A stretch of DNA of 64,000 nt from a virus (taxonomy: Duplodnaviria > Caudoviricetes): positions 47,021 through 111,020 of the IMG/VR virus record IMGVR_UViG_3300032237_001007; one strand, given 5' to 3'. The notes below the pieces were generated by a model. The model searched no databases and was not told the origin of the DNA. It worked only from the letters and a program-made list of their open reading frames with translations. A program made the position numbers and the translations under genes. Positions 8,784 to 18,680 of the stretch are shown here, in pieces; the first letter of the stretch is position 1; each line of letters starts with the position of its first letter.

Positions 8784-9728
8784 ATGACAAGTGAATTCTT
8801 ATTCTGCGAAAAATACAGACCACAAGTAATTGATGACTGTATTCTTCCTGATGATACTAAAAAAACATTTAAAGAGTTTGTAAGGAAAGGTGAGATTCCA
8901 AATCTTCTTCTTGCAGGACCTCCTGGTGTAGGTAAAACAACAATCGCAAAAGCATTATGTAATGAGATAGGATCAGATTATTATGTCATTAATGGATCCG
9001 ATGAAGGACGTTTCCTGGATACTGTACGGAACCAGGCAAAGAACTTTGCTTCGACCGTCTCACTTACGGGATCTTCTAAACACAAAGTCATCATCGTGGA
9101 CGAAGCAGACAATACCACTTCGGATGTTCAACTCCTTCTACGGGCGAATATTGAGACATTTTATAACAACTGCCGATTCATCTTCACTTGTAACTACAAG
9201 AACAAAATCATTGAACCTCTGCACTCCCGATGTGCCGTTATTGATTTCACAATCAAAGGAAAGCAAAAGGCACAACTCGCAGGATCCTTCTTCAAGCGTC
9301 TTCAAACGATCTTGGATCAAGAAAGGATTGAGTATGATCAGAAGGTTATTGCCGAACTGATTTCAAGGTATTTCCCAGATTTTCGTAGAGTTTTAAATGA
9401 ATGTCAGAGGTATGCTACTGGAGGTAAAATTGATTCGGGCATTCTCGCATCTTTTTCTGATGTATCCATAAATGAATTGGTTAAATGTCTCAAAGATAAG
9501 AACTTCCCAGAAGTGAGAAAGTGGGTAGTTTCTAATCTTGATAATGATGCCTCTCATTTACTTCGCAGAATTTATGATGCTTGTTATGATTGTCTTGTAC
9601 CTGCTTCTATTCCTGCTGCCGTTCTTGTAATTGCCAAGTATCAGTATCAGAGTGCTTTTGCTTGTGACCAAGAGATAAATCTTCTTGCAGCACTGACTGA
9701 AATAATGTGTGAGTGTGAGTTTTTATGA
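8784..9728 (+). CDS. gp44: Clamp loader large subunit
   Basis: EKYRP, GPPGVGKTT, DEAD, SRC, DFRR. Confidence 0.96.
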   Translation: MTSEFLFCEKYRPQVIDDCILPDDTKKTFKEFVRKGEIPNLLLAGPPGVGKTTIAKALCNEIGSDYYVINGSDEGRFLDTVRNQAKNFASTVSLTGSSKHKVIIVDEADNTTSDVQLLLRANIETFYNNCRFIFTCNYKNKIIEPLHSRCAVIDFTIKGKQKAQLAGSFFKRLQTILDQERIEYDQKVIAELISRYFPDFRRVLNECQRYATGGKIDSGILASFSDVSINELVKCLKDKNFPEVRKWVVSNLDNDASHLLRRIYDACYDCLVPASIPAAVLVIAKYQYQSAFACDQEINLLAALTEIMCECEFL

Positions 9729-9931
9729 ACTATTATAGAATTAAATATGCAAACCTTTACGAAGTACCAGTAAAGACAACTCCACAAAATGTTAAAGAAG
9801 CAAACGAAGGTCTTTTTCGTGCTAAGATGAATTTGCTTGAGGCGGCAAAACATTGTGGAATGACCAAAAAAGAAATGAGGCTTACATTTTTTGAATACCT
9901 TAAATATAATAAATCTGATTATGAAAATTGA
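9725..9931 (+). CDS. Hypothetical protein
   Basis: ATGA overlap with gp44 stop; 68-aa ORF. Confidence 0.65.
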   Translation: MNYYRIKYANLYEVPVKTTPQNVKEANEGLFRAKMNLLEAAKHCGMTKKEMRLTFFEYLKYNKSDYEN

Positions 9932-9964
9932 TTTTTTTCGGTAAAGAACGCTTACTTTTTAATT

Positions 9965-10345
9965 ATGGAATTGAAGGACTGGTTAAATTCAATCAATCAA
10001 ACGAAGAAAAATTTAATTGATGAAAATCCTTCTCTTGAGAAGGAATATAATCCTTACATTATCAATAGATGTCTTTCTGGTCATATTGAGTGCTTAATGT
10101 ATGTAAATGAAATGAACAGATACCATTTCCTTTCAAAAAAACTTCAATATGATTTTTTTATAAATACTCTAAGAACTAAAAAGAGATTTTCTCCTTGGAT
10201 TCGTAAGGATTCAATTAAAGATCTTGATTATGTTAAATCATATTATGGTTATAGTAATGAAAAAGCAAAGCAAGCTTTAAAAATTTTAACAAAGGAACAA
10301 ATTAATTTTATTAAATCAAAATTTGATATTGGAGGATCAAAATGA
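9965..10345 (+). CDS. gp62: Clamp loader small subunit
   Basis: YNPYIINRCLS, KKRFSPW, YYGYSNEKA; position before regA. Confidence 0.92.
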   Translation: MELKDWLNSINQTKKNLIDENPSLEKEYNPYIINRCLSGHIECLMYVNEMNRYHFLSKKLQYDFFINTLRTKKRFSPWIRKDSIKDLDYVKSYYGYSNEKAKQALKILTKEQINFIKSKFDIGGSK

Positions 10346-10779
10346 GTGTTATAAAAGAACCTATTGTGAATTGGACACCAAACCAAATGGTTGAGGTAAT
10401 TCTTAATGAACCTGATGATTTTTTAAAAATTCGTGAGACATTAACTCGTATAGGAGTTGCTTCAAGAAAAGAGAAGAAACTTTATCAATCTTGTCATATT
10501 CTTCATAAGCAAGGTAAATATTTTGTTGTTCACTTTAAGGAACTTTTTGCTCTTGATGGTAAACATGCAAATCTTACTGTAAATGATATTCAACGTCGTA
10601 ATCGTATTGCTCAGTTAATTGCAGATTGGGGATTACTGGAAATTGTTGATGTTGAAAAAATCACTGATATTGCTCCACTTAATCAGATTAAAGTTCTTTC
10701 TTATAAAGACAAAGAAGACTGGATTTTAGAACCTAAATACAATATTGGTGCAAAACGAAAGGTTGAGGAAACCGAATAA
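10342..10779 (+). CDS. regA: Translational repressor RegA
   Basis: DDFLKIRETLTRIG, LYQSCHILHKQG, VHFKELF. Confidence 0.96.
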   Translation: MSVIKEPIVNWTPNQMVEVILNEPDDFLKIRETLTRIGVASRKEKKLYQSCHILHKQGKYFVVHFKELFALDGKHANLTVNDIQRRNRIAQLIADWGLLEIVDVEKITDIAPLNQIKVLSYKDKEDWILEPKYNIGAKRKVEETE

Positions 10780-10786
10780 TTTTTTT

Positions 10787-10812
10787 AGGGAGTTCAACAC
10801 TCCCTTTTTTTA
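10787..10812 (+). terminator. Intrinsic terminator (T runs on both sides)
   Basis: AGGGAGT-tcaac-ACTCCCT followed by T run. Confidence 0.8.
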
Positions 10813-10921
10813 TGTCTTATCCTATATAATATTGATGCAGGAAAGATAAATTCCTTCATTCACTAAGCGGAGTCTTCGGATCCGTAAGTTAAAACACACT
10901 TGCTTTTAAAGGAGAATTTAA

Positions 10922-11368
10922 ATGTTTCATACAACATTCACAAAATATTATACTGCTAACAATGGTGTTGAGAGATTAATTCAAGATCTTGAAAAAAATT
11001 CAATTGGTATGGAAGAATGGTTTCAACGAGTTGGAACCCTCCACGAATCTTCCTCCAATTATCCACCTTATAATCTAATTAAAGAAAGTTCAACAGAATT
11101 TACTTTAGAAATTGCTCTTGCCGGATATAAAAAAGAAGATATTGAAGTAACAACAGAATGGAATAAACTTTTTGTTGAGTGTAAAAAGGCACCAACAGAA
11201 TATGAATACATGCATAATGGAATTGCCCGCAGAGCATTTACGAGAACCTGGACCCTTTCTGATGATGTAGTTGTTGGAGATGTTTCTTTTGTAGACGGAT
11301 TGCTCACGGTCAAACTAAATAAAGTTATTCCAGATCATCAAAAGAAAAAAATATATGAAATCATATAA
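10922..11368 (+). CDS. hsp20: Small heat-shock protein
   Basis: NYPPYNL, LEIALAGY, GIARRAFTRTW, DGLLTV; AAGGAG RBS. Confidence 0.95.
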   Translation: MFHTTFTKYYTANNGVERLIQDLEKNSIGMEEWFQRVGTLHESSSNYPPYNLIKESSTEFTLEIALAGYKKEDIEVTTEWNKLFVECKKAPTEYEYMHNGIARRAFTRTWTLSDDVVVGDVSFVDGLLTVKLNKVIPDHQKKKIYEII

Positions 11369-11510
11369 AAACTTTATGAAAATTGTCAAAAAAACAATGA
11401 AATTGAAAAAACCAAAAATAACAGGAGATAATACTAATAATCCAGAAGATTATGAATTTATGGGTTCTGATGATGAATCATTACATCAACCTGGGGATAC
11501 TGGAATTTGA
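11355..11510 (+). CDS. Micro-ORF, 51 aa, MKSYKNFMKIV...
   Basis: Hand-translated; N-terminus resembles T4 capsid-targeting sequence. Confidence 0.5.
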   Translation: MKSYKNFMKIVKKTMKLKKPKITGDNTNNPEDYEFMGSDDESLHQPGDTGI

Positions 11511-11537
11511 ATAAATAATTAAAATATTTGATTAAAA

Positions 11538-11684
11538 ATGAAAACCTTCAAAAAATTTATGAAGGAGATGCGGGGGGACTTCGGTTCTCCCTCACCTAAA
11601 CCAATAGAAAAATGTTATGGTAAAAAAATTTCTTATGCTGGATTAAAAAAGAAAGTCTGTGCCTTTCATAGAAAAAGAGAATAA
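11538..11684 (+). CDS. Micro-ORF, 48 aa, MKTFKKFMKEMRGDFG...
   Basis: Hand-translated; late-type ATAAATA at about 11511; capsid-targeting-like N-terminus. Confidence 0.65.
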   Translation: MKTFKKFMKEMRGDFGSPSPKPIEKCYGKKISYAGLKKKVCAFHRKRE

Positions 11685-11686
11685 TT

Positions 11687-11866
11687 ATGAAGACTTTATC
11701 TCAGTTTTTATATGAAATTTATGGGTGTTCTAAGTGTAAAAAAATGACTTGTGAGTGCTCATCTCCTAAAGAAAATAATGATCCAACTCCAGGAAAAAAG
11801 GGGTGGGAAAAAGAGAAAAAAATTATTAATAAAATTAACAACTCTTCAGGCACTAATGTTAATTAA
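11687..11866 (+). CDS. Micro-ORF, 59 aa, MKTLSQFLYEIYGCSKCKKMTCEC...
   Basis: Hand-translated; capsid-targeting-like N-terminus followed by CxxC-x4-CxC. Confidence 0.65.
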   Translation: MKTLSQFLYEIYGCSKCKKMTCECSSPKENNDPTPGKKGWEKEKKIINKINNSSGTNVN

Positions 11867-11904
11867 TAAATAGTGATGGGCTACCTATAGACTATCATCG
11901 TCGC

Positions 11905-11959
11905 AGAGGGGAAGACTGTCAAAATCAGTCTTGACACCCCTCTTTTTTCTTGCTATAAT
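11905..11959 (+). promoter_or_regulatory. Terminator hairpin overlapping a sigma70 promoter
   Basis: AGAGGGG-AAGACTG/CAGTCTT-CCCCTCT-T run; TTGACA 11931-11936, 17 nt, TATAAT 11954-11959. Confidence 0.75.
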
Positions 11960-11982
11960 GAATTGTAGAGGATATTTAAAAA

Positions 11983-12321
11983 ATGTCAATTAAAATTTTA
12001 TTACTTAAATCTGGAGAAACTATTATTTCTGATGCTAAAGAATTAATATCAGAAAATAAATGTTGCGGATATTTATTGAATAATCCGCATAAAATAAAAA
12101 TTGATTATGATAATAAAATTTTTCTTTCAGAAGAAAAAGATTGTAGTAGTGGAGATGTTCAGGTTACTTTTTCAACTTGGATCCCACTGACTAATGATAC
12201 TGAAATTTCTATTCCACCTAGTTGGGTAGTTACTATCGTAGAACCTCTTGAAACTATAAGGAAAATGTATGAAGAAAAAATTGACGAACAAAATAATAAA
12301 GTGCTTAATTCTCAAAATTAA
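11983..12321 (+). CDS. Conserved cyanophage hypothetical protein upstream of DNA polymerase
   Basis: LLLKSGETIISD, WIPL, WVVTIVEP; GAGGA RBS. Confidence 0.75.
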   Translation: MSIKILLLKSGETIISDAKELISENKCCGYLLNNPHKIKIDYDNKIFLSEEKDCSSGDVQVTFSTWIPLTNDTEISIPPSWVVTIVEPLETIRKMYEEKIDEQNNKVLNSQN

Positions 12322-12547
12322 TATAATATTAATAACAGAAATAGATGAGGTTTCTTCCGATCTAGGAGAACCTGATTGTAAACTTACTAATCCATTCTCT
12401 TTATATAAAGAAATTAATGGTGAATATTCTCTAAATCCTTGGCCGGATATTACAGAGCAAAAAGAAATGATGATTCATTCTGATAGTATTTTAACCATTG
12501 TGGATCCAAAATCTGATTTAATTGATAAGTATCTTGAACTAATTTAA
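12269..12547 (+). CDS. Conserved hypothetical protein, distant paralog-like to preceding ORF (start uncertain)
   Basis: GEPDCKLTNP, SDSILTIVDP. Confidence 0.7.
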   Translation: MKKKLTNKIIKCLILKINIILITEIDEVSSDLGEPDCKLTNPFSLYKEINGEYSLNPWPDITEQKEMMIHSDSILTIVDPKSDLIDKYLELI

Positions 12548-12550
12548 TAA

Positions 12551-15058
12551 ATGTCATATCGTTTTTATACTAATGTTCAAATGGTCGGGGATCACTTCTT
12601 GGTTCGTGGTTATGAAAATGGAAAACATTTCATGACCCGTGAGAAGTTTAACCCGACTCTTTTTGTTCCTTCTAATAGGAAAACAAAATATAAAACCTTA
12701 ACTGGTGACTATGTTGAAGCGGTTCAACCTGGGTGTGTTAGAGATTGTCGTGAATTTATTAAGAAGTATGAGAACGTAGAAAATTTTAAAATATTTGGGA
12801 ATACCCAATACATTTACCAATATATTTCCGAGTCGTATCCTGAGGATGAAGTTAAATTTGATATTACCAAGATTAAAGTCACAACACTTGATATTGAAGT
12901 TGCATCAGAAAATGGGTTTCCTGATGTAGAATCTGCTGCAGAAGAAGTTCTTTTGATTAGTATTCAAGATTATTCTTCCAAACAAATCCGTACTTGGGGA
13001 ATGGGTCCTTTTCAAAATAAACAAAAGAACGTTATTTATAAATCTTTCACAAATGAAAGAGATCTTCTGATGGATTTTATTAGTTGGTGGATGATTGAAG
13101 ACAATACACCAGAAGTTGTAACCGGATGGAACGTTGAACTGTATGATATTCCGTATCTTGTTCGCCGTTTGGATCGTGTTCTTGGCGAGAAACTGATGAA
13201 GCGTATGTCTCCTTGGGGTCTTGTCACCGAAGATGAGATTTACATTTCTGGACGCAAGCATATCTCTTATGATATTGGTGGAATTACTCAACTTGATTAT
13301 CTGAACCTTTATAAGAAATTCACTTATAAAACACAGGAGTCTTATCGTCTGGATTATATTGCCGAAGTTGAACTGGGGCAGAAGAAATTAGATCACTCCG
13401 AGTATGAAACCTTTAAGGAGTTTTATACAAAAGGTTGGAATAAATTCACATCCTATAATATTAAAGACGTAGAACTTGTTGACCGTTTGGAAGACAAGAT
13501 GAAATTGATTGAACTTGCAATTACGATGGCATATGATGCAAAAGCGAACTATGCTGATGTATTCTCTCAGGTTCGTATGTGGGATACCATCATTTATAAC
13601 TATCTCAAAAAGAGAAATATTGTTATTCCCCCAAAGGAAAAATCTGATAAAGACTCTAAGTATGCTGGTGCTTATGTTAAAGAACCGATTCCTGGTGTGT
13701 ATGATTGGATTGTGAGTTTTGACCTTACATCCCTATATCCTTCTCTCATTATGGAATTCAATATTTCCCCAGAAACTTTAATAGAAGAAAAACATCCAAC
13801 TGTAAATGTAAATAAAATCTTAAATCAAGAAATTACTTTTGAAATGTATTCTGACTATGCTATTTGTGCAAATGGTGCAATGTATCGTAAAGATGTTCGT
13901 GGATTTCTTCCTGAACTGATGGAAAAAATCTTTAAGGAAAGATCCATTTATAAGAAAAAAATGTTGGTGGCAAAGCAGAAATATGAAAAAACTCCAACAA
14001 AGGAATTGGAAAAAGAAATTGCCAGATGTAACAATATTCAAATGGCCCGCAAGATACAACTGAATTCTTGTTACGGTTCAATTGGAAATCAATATTTTCG
14101 ATACTATAAGTTAGCAAATGCGGAGGCAATTACTCTTTCAGGACAAGTTGCAATTCGTTGGATTGAAAATAAAATGAATGCTTATTTGAACAAAATACTC
14201 AAATCAAAGGATGTTGATTATGTTATTGCTTCTGATACCGATTCCATTTATCTTAATATGGGTCCTTTGGTTGAAACTATATACAAAGGAAGAGAAAAAA
14301 CTACTGAAAGCATTGTGTCGTTCCTTGATAAGGTCGCTAAGGTGGAACTTGAAAAATATATTGAAAGTTGCTACCAAGAACTGGCGGATTATGTAAATGC
14401 TTATGAACAGAAAATGTTTATGAAGCGTGAATGTATTGCTGATAGAGGAATTTGGACTGCAAAGAAAAGGTATATTCTTAATGTATGGGATAATGAAGGA
14501 GTTCGCTATGAAAAACCTAAACTTAAAATAATGGGCATTGAAGCGATTAAATCTTCTACTCCGGCTCCCTGCCGTAAGATGCTCAGAGATTCTTTTAATA
14601 TCTTGATGAGTGGAACAGAAGATGATCTAATTAACTATATTAATAATTGTCGTGAGGAGTTTAAGAAACTTCCACCAGAACAAATTGCATTTCCCAAGTC
14701 TGCTTCCGATGTACGTAAGTATCACTCATCTTCGTCAATTTATGCGTTTAAAACTCCATTTCATATTCGTGGAGCACTTCTTTTTAATCACTATATTAAA
14801 GAGAATAAACTTACAAATAAATACTCGTTGATTAATAATGGTGAGAAAATAAAATACATTTATCTTAAAACTCCAAATATTATTCATGAAAATGTAATTG
14901 CTTTTATTCAACAATTTCCTAAAGAACTTGGTCTTGACAAATACATTGATTATGAGTTACAATTTGAAAAGAGTTTTATAGATCCCCTTAAATCTGTTTT
15001 AAATTCTATTGGGTGGAATGTAGAAAAAAAATCTAATTTAGAATCATTTTTTAAATAA
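12551..15058 (+). CDS. gp43: Family B DNA polymerase
   Basis: Exo DIE, GWN, YNIKDV; polymerase SFDLTSLYPS, KIQLNSCYG, SDTDS, AKKRY. Confidence 0.98.
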   Translation: MSYRFYTNVQMVGDHFLVRGYENGKHFMTREKFNPTLFVPSNRKTKYKTLTGDYVEAVQPGCVRDCREFIKKYENVENFKIFGNTQYIYQYISESYPEDEVKFDITKIKVTTLDIEVASENGFPDVESAAEEVLLISIQDYSSKQIRTWGMGPFQNKQKNVIYKSFTNERDLLMDFISWWMIEDNTPEVVTGWNVELYDIPYLVRRLDRVLGEKLMKRMSPWGLVTEDEIYISGRKHISYDIGGITQLDYLNLYKKFTYKTQESYRLDYIAEVELGQKKLDHSEYETFKEFYTKGWNKFTSYNIKDVELVDRLEDKMKLIELAITMAYDAKANYADVFSQVRMWDTIIYNYLKKRNIVIPPKEKSDKDSKYAGAYVKEPIPGVYDWIVSFDLTSLYPSLIMEFNISPETLIEEKHPTVNVNKILNQEITFEMYSDYAICANGAMYRKDVRGFLPELMEKIFKERSIYKKKMLVAKQKYEKTPTKELEKEIARCNNIQMARKIQLNSCYGSIGNQYFRYYKLANAEAITLSGQVAIRWIENKMNAYLNKILKSKDVDYVIASDTDSIYLNMGPLVETIYKGREKTTESIVSFLDKVAKVELEKYIESCYQELADYVNAYEQKMFMKRECIADRGIWTAKKRYILNVWDNEGVRYEKPKLKIMGIEAIKSSTPAPCRKMLRDSFNILMSGTEDDLINYINNCREEFKKLPPEQIAFPKSASDVRKYHSSSSIYAFKTPFHIRGALLFNHYIKENKLTNKYSLINNGEKIKYIYLKTPNIIHENVIAFIQQFPKELGLDKYIDYELQFEKSFIDPLKSVLNSIGWNVEKKSNLESFFK

Positions 15059-15198
15059 TGGAACTTCCTATTAACGAAAAAGAACTAGACACAATTATTA
15101 GTGCTATGCGTCTTGGTGGTGATACTGCTCTGTATCAAAAATTATGGACTTTTAAAATTAATTATTGGAATAAACAAAATAAACAGGAGAATAAGTGA
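15058..15198 (+). CDS. Small hypothetical protein (46 aa, MELPINEKELDTII...)
   Basis: TAATG and TGATG translational coupling to gp43 and uvsX. Confidence 0.65.
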   Translation: MELPINEKELDTIISAMRLGGDTALYQKLWTFKINYWNKQNKQENK

Positions 15199-16205
15199 TG
15201 GATTTTCTTAAAGACATAGTAAAAGAAATAGGCGGAGAGTATACACAACTTGCATCAGATATTGACGAAACTGAAACTTATGTGGACACTGGCAGTTACA
15301 TATTCAATGCTCTTGTTAGTGGGAGTATCTTTGGTGGTGTATCTGGTAATAAAATTACTGCAATTGCGGGGGAAACAAGTACTGGAAAAACTTTCTTTAG
15401 TTTGGCAGTCGTCAAGAATTTTCTTGATAATAATCCTACTGGATATTGTTTGTATTTTGATACTGAAGCTGCCATTACAAAATCCCTCTTGGAAAGTCGA
15501 GGCATTGACACATCAAGGACTGTCGTGGTTAATGTTGTCACCGTAGAAGAGTTTCGTGGAAAGGCACTTAAGGCAGTTGATCTGTATATGAAAAAACCCG
15601 AAGAAGATCGCAATCCTTGTATTTTTGTGCTAGACTCTTTGGGAATGCTTTCCACCAGCAAGGAGATCAACGATGCTCTGAACGACAAGGAGGTTAGGGA
15701 TATGACCAAATCTCAACTGATCAAAGGTGCATTTCGTATGCTTACGTTAAAACTGGGTCAAGCAAAAATTCCAATGATTGTGACAAATCACTTATATTCT
15801 GTTGTGGGAGCTTATGTTCCAACACAAGAACAATCTGGAGGAAGTGGATTGAAGTATGCAGCTTCTTCTATAGTTTATCTTTCCAAAAAGAAAGAAAAAG
15901 ATGGAACTGAAGTTATTGGTAACATCATTAAATCAAAATTAGTCAAATCTCGTTTAAGTAAAGAAAATAAAGAAGTAGAAATTCGTTTGTTCTATGATGA
16001 AAGAGGTCTTGATAAGTATTATGGTTTATTGGAACTTGGAGAGATTGGTGGATTGTGGAAAAATACTGCTGGTAGATATGAAATGGATGGAAAGAAACTT
16101 TATGCAAAAGAAATTCTTAAAAATCCAGAAAAATATTTCACCGCAGAAGTAATGCAGGCACTTGATGAAATCGCACAAAAAGAATTTTCTTATGGCAAAT
16201 CTTAA
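15198..16205 (+). CDS. uvsX: RecA-like recombinase UvsX
   Basis: DTGS, GETSTGKT, DTEAA, LDSLGML, VTNH, GGSG. Confidence 0.95.
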   Translation: MDFLKDIVKEIGGEYTQLASDIDETETYVDTGSYIFNALVSGSIFGGVSGNKITAIAGETSTGKTFFSLAVVKNFLDNNPTGYCLYFDTEAAITKSLLESRGIDTSRTVVVNVVTVEEFRGKALKAVDLYMKKPEEDRNPCIFVLDSLGMLSTSKEINDALNDKEVRDMTKSQLIKGAFRMLTLKLGQAKIPMIVTNHLYSVVGAYVPTQEQSGGSGLKYAASSIVYLSKKKEKDGTEVIGNIIKSKLVKSRLSKENKEVEIRLFYDERGLDKYYGLLELGEIGGLWKNTAGRYEMDGKKLYAKEILKNPEKYFTAEVMQALDEIAQKEFSYGKS

Positions 16206-16749
16206 TGAATTAATTCACATTTATGATGATGTTCTTGAATCTGATATTTGTGAGTTTTTAATTGGAATATTTGAACAATTTCAAAATAATCATGAAAGAA
16301 TTCAAAATGATAATAAACAATGTTTTACTCAATATAATCTCACCGAAAATTGTAAACTTACTCCGGAAGTAGATCAAATTCATAATCATTTAATTCGAAA
16401 AACTCTTGAGTATAAAGAAAAATATTATGAATTAATGGATGCTCGCTGCTTTCCTCCTGAACATGCTTTTGAGCAATTTCGTATTAAAAAGTATAATCCT
16501 GGTGGTGAAGACTTGTTTGATACTCATGTAGATGTAATTAATCATGAAACTGCAAGAAGATATCTTTCATTTTTTTGGTATTTGAATGATGTAGAAACTG
16601 GCGGACATACCCAATTTTTAGATACAAGTGTAACTCCAAGAACTGGAAGACTTGTAATGTTTCCTCCGATGTGGATGTTTCCTCATAAAGGTCAGGCACC
16701 ATTAAGCGGTCCAAAATATCTTTTACATACTTACTTGCATTATAAATGA
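16192..16749 (+). CDS. 2OG-Fe(II) oxygenase (prolyl-hydroxylase-like)
   Basis: HVD, WYLND..GG.T.F, FPP, H...KY. Confidence 0.88.
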   Translation: MANLNELIHIYDDVLESDICEFLIGIFEQFQNNHERIQNDNKQCFTQYNLTENCKLTPEVDQIHNHLIRKTLEYKEKYYELMDARCFPPEHAFEQFRIKKYNPGGEDLFDTHVDVINHETARRYLSFFWYLNDVETGGHTQFLDTSVTPRTGRLVMFPPMWMFPHKGQAPLSGPKYLLHTYLHYK

Positions 16750-17291
16750 AGAACATTAGAATTATTGAAACTGGTATTGATGTATCAAAAATTCTAGAAC
16801 AATTAAAACAATATCCGGAAGATTGGGGATCTCAAAAAAATATCAAAGATGCTGAGCAACTTGATTCTAATAAGTATACTGTAACTGTTGATGTTCTTCA
16901 ATTAATTATAGGTGGAATTACCAAAGAAGGAGAGTATGTTGGAAATACTGAAATTTGTGAAAAAACACCGGCATATGAACACCATACCGAGGTTCTTAAA
17001 TTTGTATTTAAAAGGTTTAAGAAATTAAGAAGATGTGCATTTTTGTCTCTTCCGGTTGGACAAATAGTTGGTTCTCATATTGATGAAGGAACTTATTATC
17101 TTACAAAAGATAGATATCACCTTTCCATTCAGGGAAAATACGAGTATAATGTGGGTGATGAAAAGATAATTGTTGAGTCCGGAACTTTCTTTTGGTTCAA
17201 TAATAAACTTTCACATAGTGCTAAAAATATTGGTGAAGAACCAAGAATTACTTTTGTATTTGATGTTCCACATCATAAAAAAAATCTTTAG
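16746..17291 (+). CDS. Aspartyl/asparaginyl beta-hydroxylase-like 2OG-Fe(II) oxygenase
   Basis: HID, RYHLSI, WFNNKLSHSAKN, RITFVFD. Confidence 0.82.
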   Translation: MKNIRIIETGIDVSKILEQLKQYPEDWGSQKNIKDAEQLDSNKYTVTVDVLQLIIGGITKEGEYVGNTEICEKTPAYEHHTEVLKFVFKRFKKLRRCAFLSLPVGQIVGSHIDEGTYYLTKDRYHLSIQGKYEYNVGDEKIIVESGTFFWFNNKLSHSAKNIGEEPRITFVFDVPHHKKNL

Positions 17292-17300
17292 AATAATATA

Positions 17301-18680
17301 ATGGAAAAACTTGAACTTACTATTCTCCGAAATTTAATTTACAATGAAGATTACTCCAGAAAAGTTATACCTTTTATACAACCGGATTATTTTGAACAAA
17401 GATCTGAAAAAATCATATTCGAAGAAATTGCTAAGTTTATTGTTAAATATGGATCGGCAATTACAGTTGAAGCACTTAGTATTGAGATAGAAAATCGAAC
17501 TGATTTAAGTGAAAGTGATATAAAAGAAATTAATGATTTTGTTTCTAAACTTCATGATGGTGTTGTAGAAAAACAATGGATTCTTGATACTACTGAAAAA
17601 TGGTGTCGTGACCGAGCAATTTATCTTGCTTTAATGCAATCAATTTATATTGCCGATGGTAAAGATGAAAAAAAGGGTCGTGATGCAATTCCAAGCATTC
17701 TTTCTGATGCTCTTGCAGTATCATTTGATAACAATATTGGACATGATTACTTAGCAAATTATGCCGAACGTTATGATTATTATCATAAAAAAGAGAGTAG
17801 AATTGAGTTTGATCTTGAATATTTTAATAAAATTACCAAAGGTGGTTTGCCAACTAAGACTCTCAACATCGCTCTTGCTGGTACAGGTGTCGGGAAAAGT
17901 TTATTCATGTGTCATGTTGCTAGTGCCTGTCTCCTACAGGGGCGTAACGTTCTCTATATTACACTTGAAATGGCAGAGGAAAAGATTGCTGAGAGAATTG
18001 ATGCAAACTTACTGAATGTTCCTATTCAACAATTGGCTGATTTACCACGTTCTACATTTGAGAATAAGGTAACAGCAATCTCCAAAAAAACCCAAGGAAC
18101 TTTGATCATCAAAGAGTATCCAACTGCTTCTGCTCATTCTGGGCATTTTAAGGCACTTTTAAATGAACTTGCTTTGAAGAAATCATTTCAACCAGATATC
18201 ATTTTTATTGACTATCTGAATATTTGTGCTTCTTCTCGTTATAAAGGTAATATTGGAGTCAATTCTTATTCTTATATTAAAGCAATTGCTGAAGAACTTC
18301 GTGGATTAGCAGTTGAGTTTGATTTGCCGATTTTTAGTGCGACACAAACTACAAGAAGCGGTTTTGGTTCATCTGATGTAGAATTAACTGATACTTCTGA
18401 ATCATTTGGTTTGCCTGCGACTGCCGATCTTATGTTTGCTTTAATTAGCACAGAAGAATTGGAAGGTTTGGGACAACTGATGGTGAAGCAACTCAAAAAT
18501 CGTTATAATGATCCAACGATGTATAAGAGGTTCATTATTGGTATTGATCGTTCCAAAATGAGACTTTATGATTGTGAACAGAAAGCTCAGGATGATATTC
18601 TTGACAAAGGAAAGGAAGAAGAGTATAATTATGAGGAAGATAAACCACTTACTAAAAAATTTGAGGGATTTAAATTTTAA
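17301..18680 (+). CDS. gp41: Replicative DNA helicase
   Basis: AGTGVGKS, TLEMAEE, IDYL, ATQTTR, SESFGLPATAD, QLKNRY. Confidence 0.97.
   Translation: MEKLELTILRNLIYNEDYSRKVIPFIQPDYFEQRSEKIIFEEIAKFIVKYGSAITVEALSIEIENRTDLSESDIKEINDFVSKLHDGVVEKQWILDTTEKWCRDRAIYLALMQSIYIADGKDEKKGRDAIPSILSDALAVSFDNNIGHDYLANYAERYDYYHKKESRIEFDLEYFNKITKGGLPTKTLNIALAGTGVGKSLFMCHVASACLLQGRNVLYITLEMAEEKIAERIDANLLNVPIQQLADLPRSTFENKVTAISKKTQGTLIIKEYPTASAHSGHFKALLNELALKKSFQPDIIFIDYLNICASSRYKGNIGVNSYSYIKAIAEELRGLAVEFDLPIFSATQTTRSGFGSSDVELTDTSESFGLPATADLMFALISTEELEGLGQLMVKQLKNRYNDPTMYKRFIIGIDRSKMRLYDCEQKAQDDILDKGKEEEYNYEEDKPLTKKFEGFKF

Noticed and set aside
12551-15058. Intein, intron or split in DNA polymerase
   Set aside because: Single continuous ORF of normal length with all motifs in order
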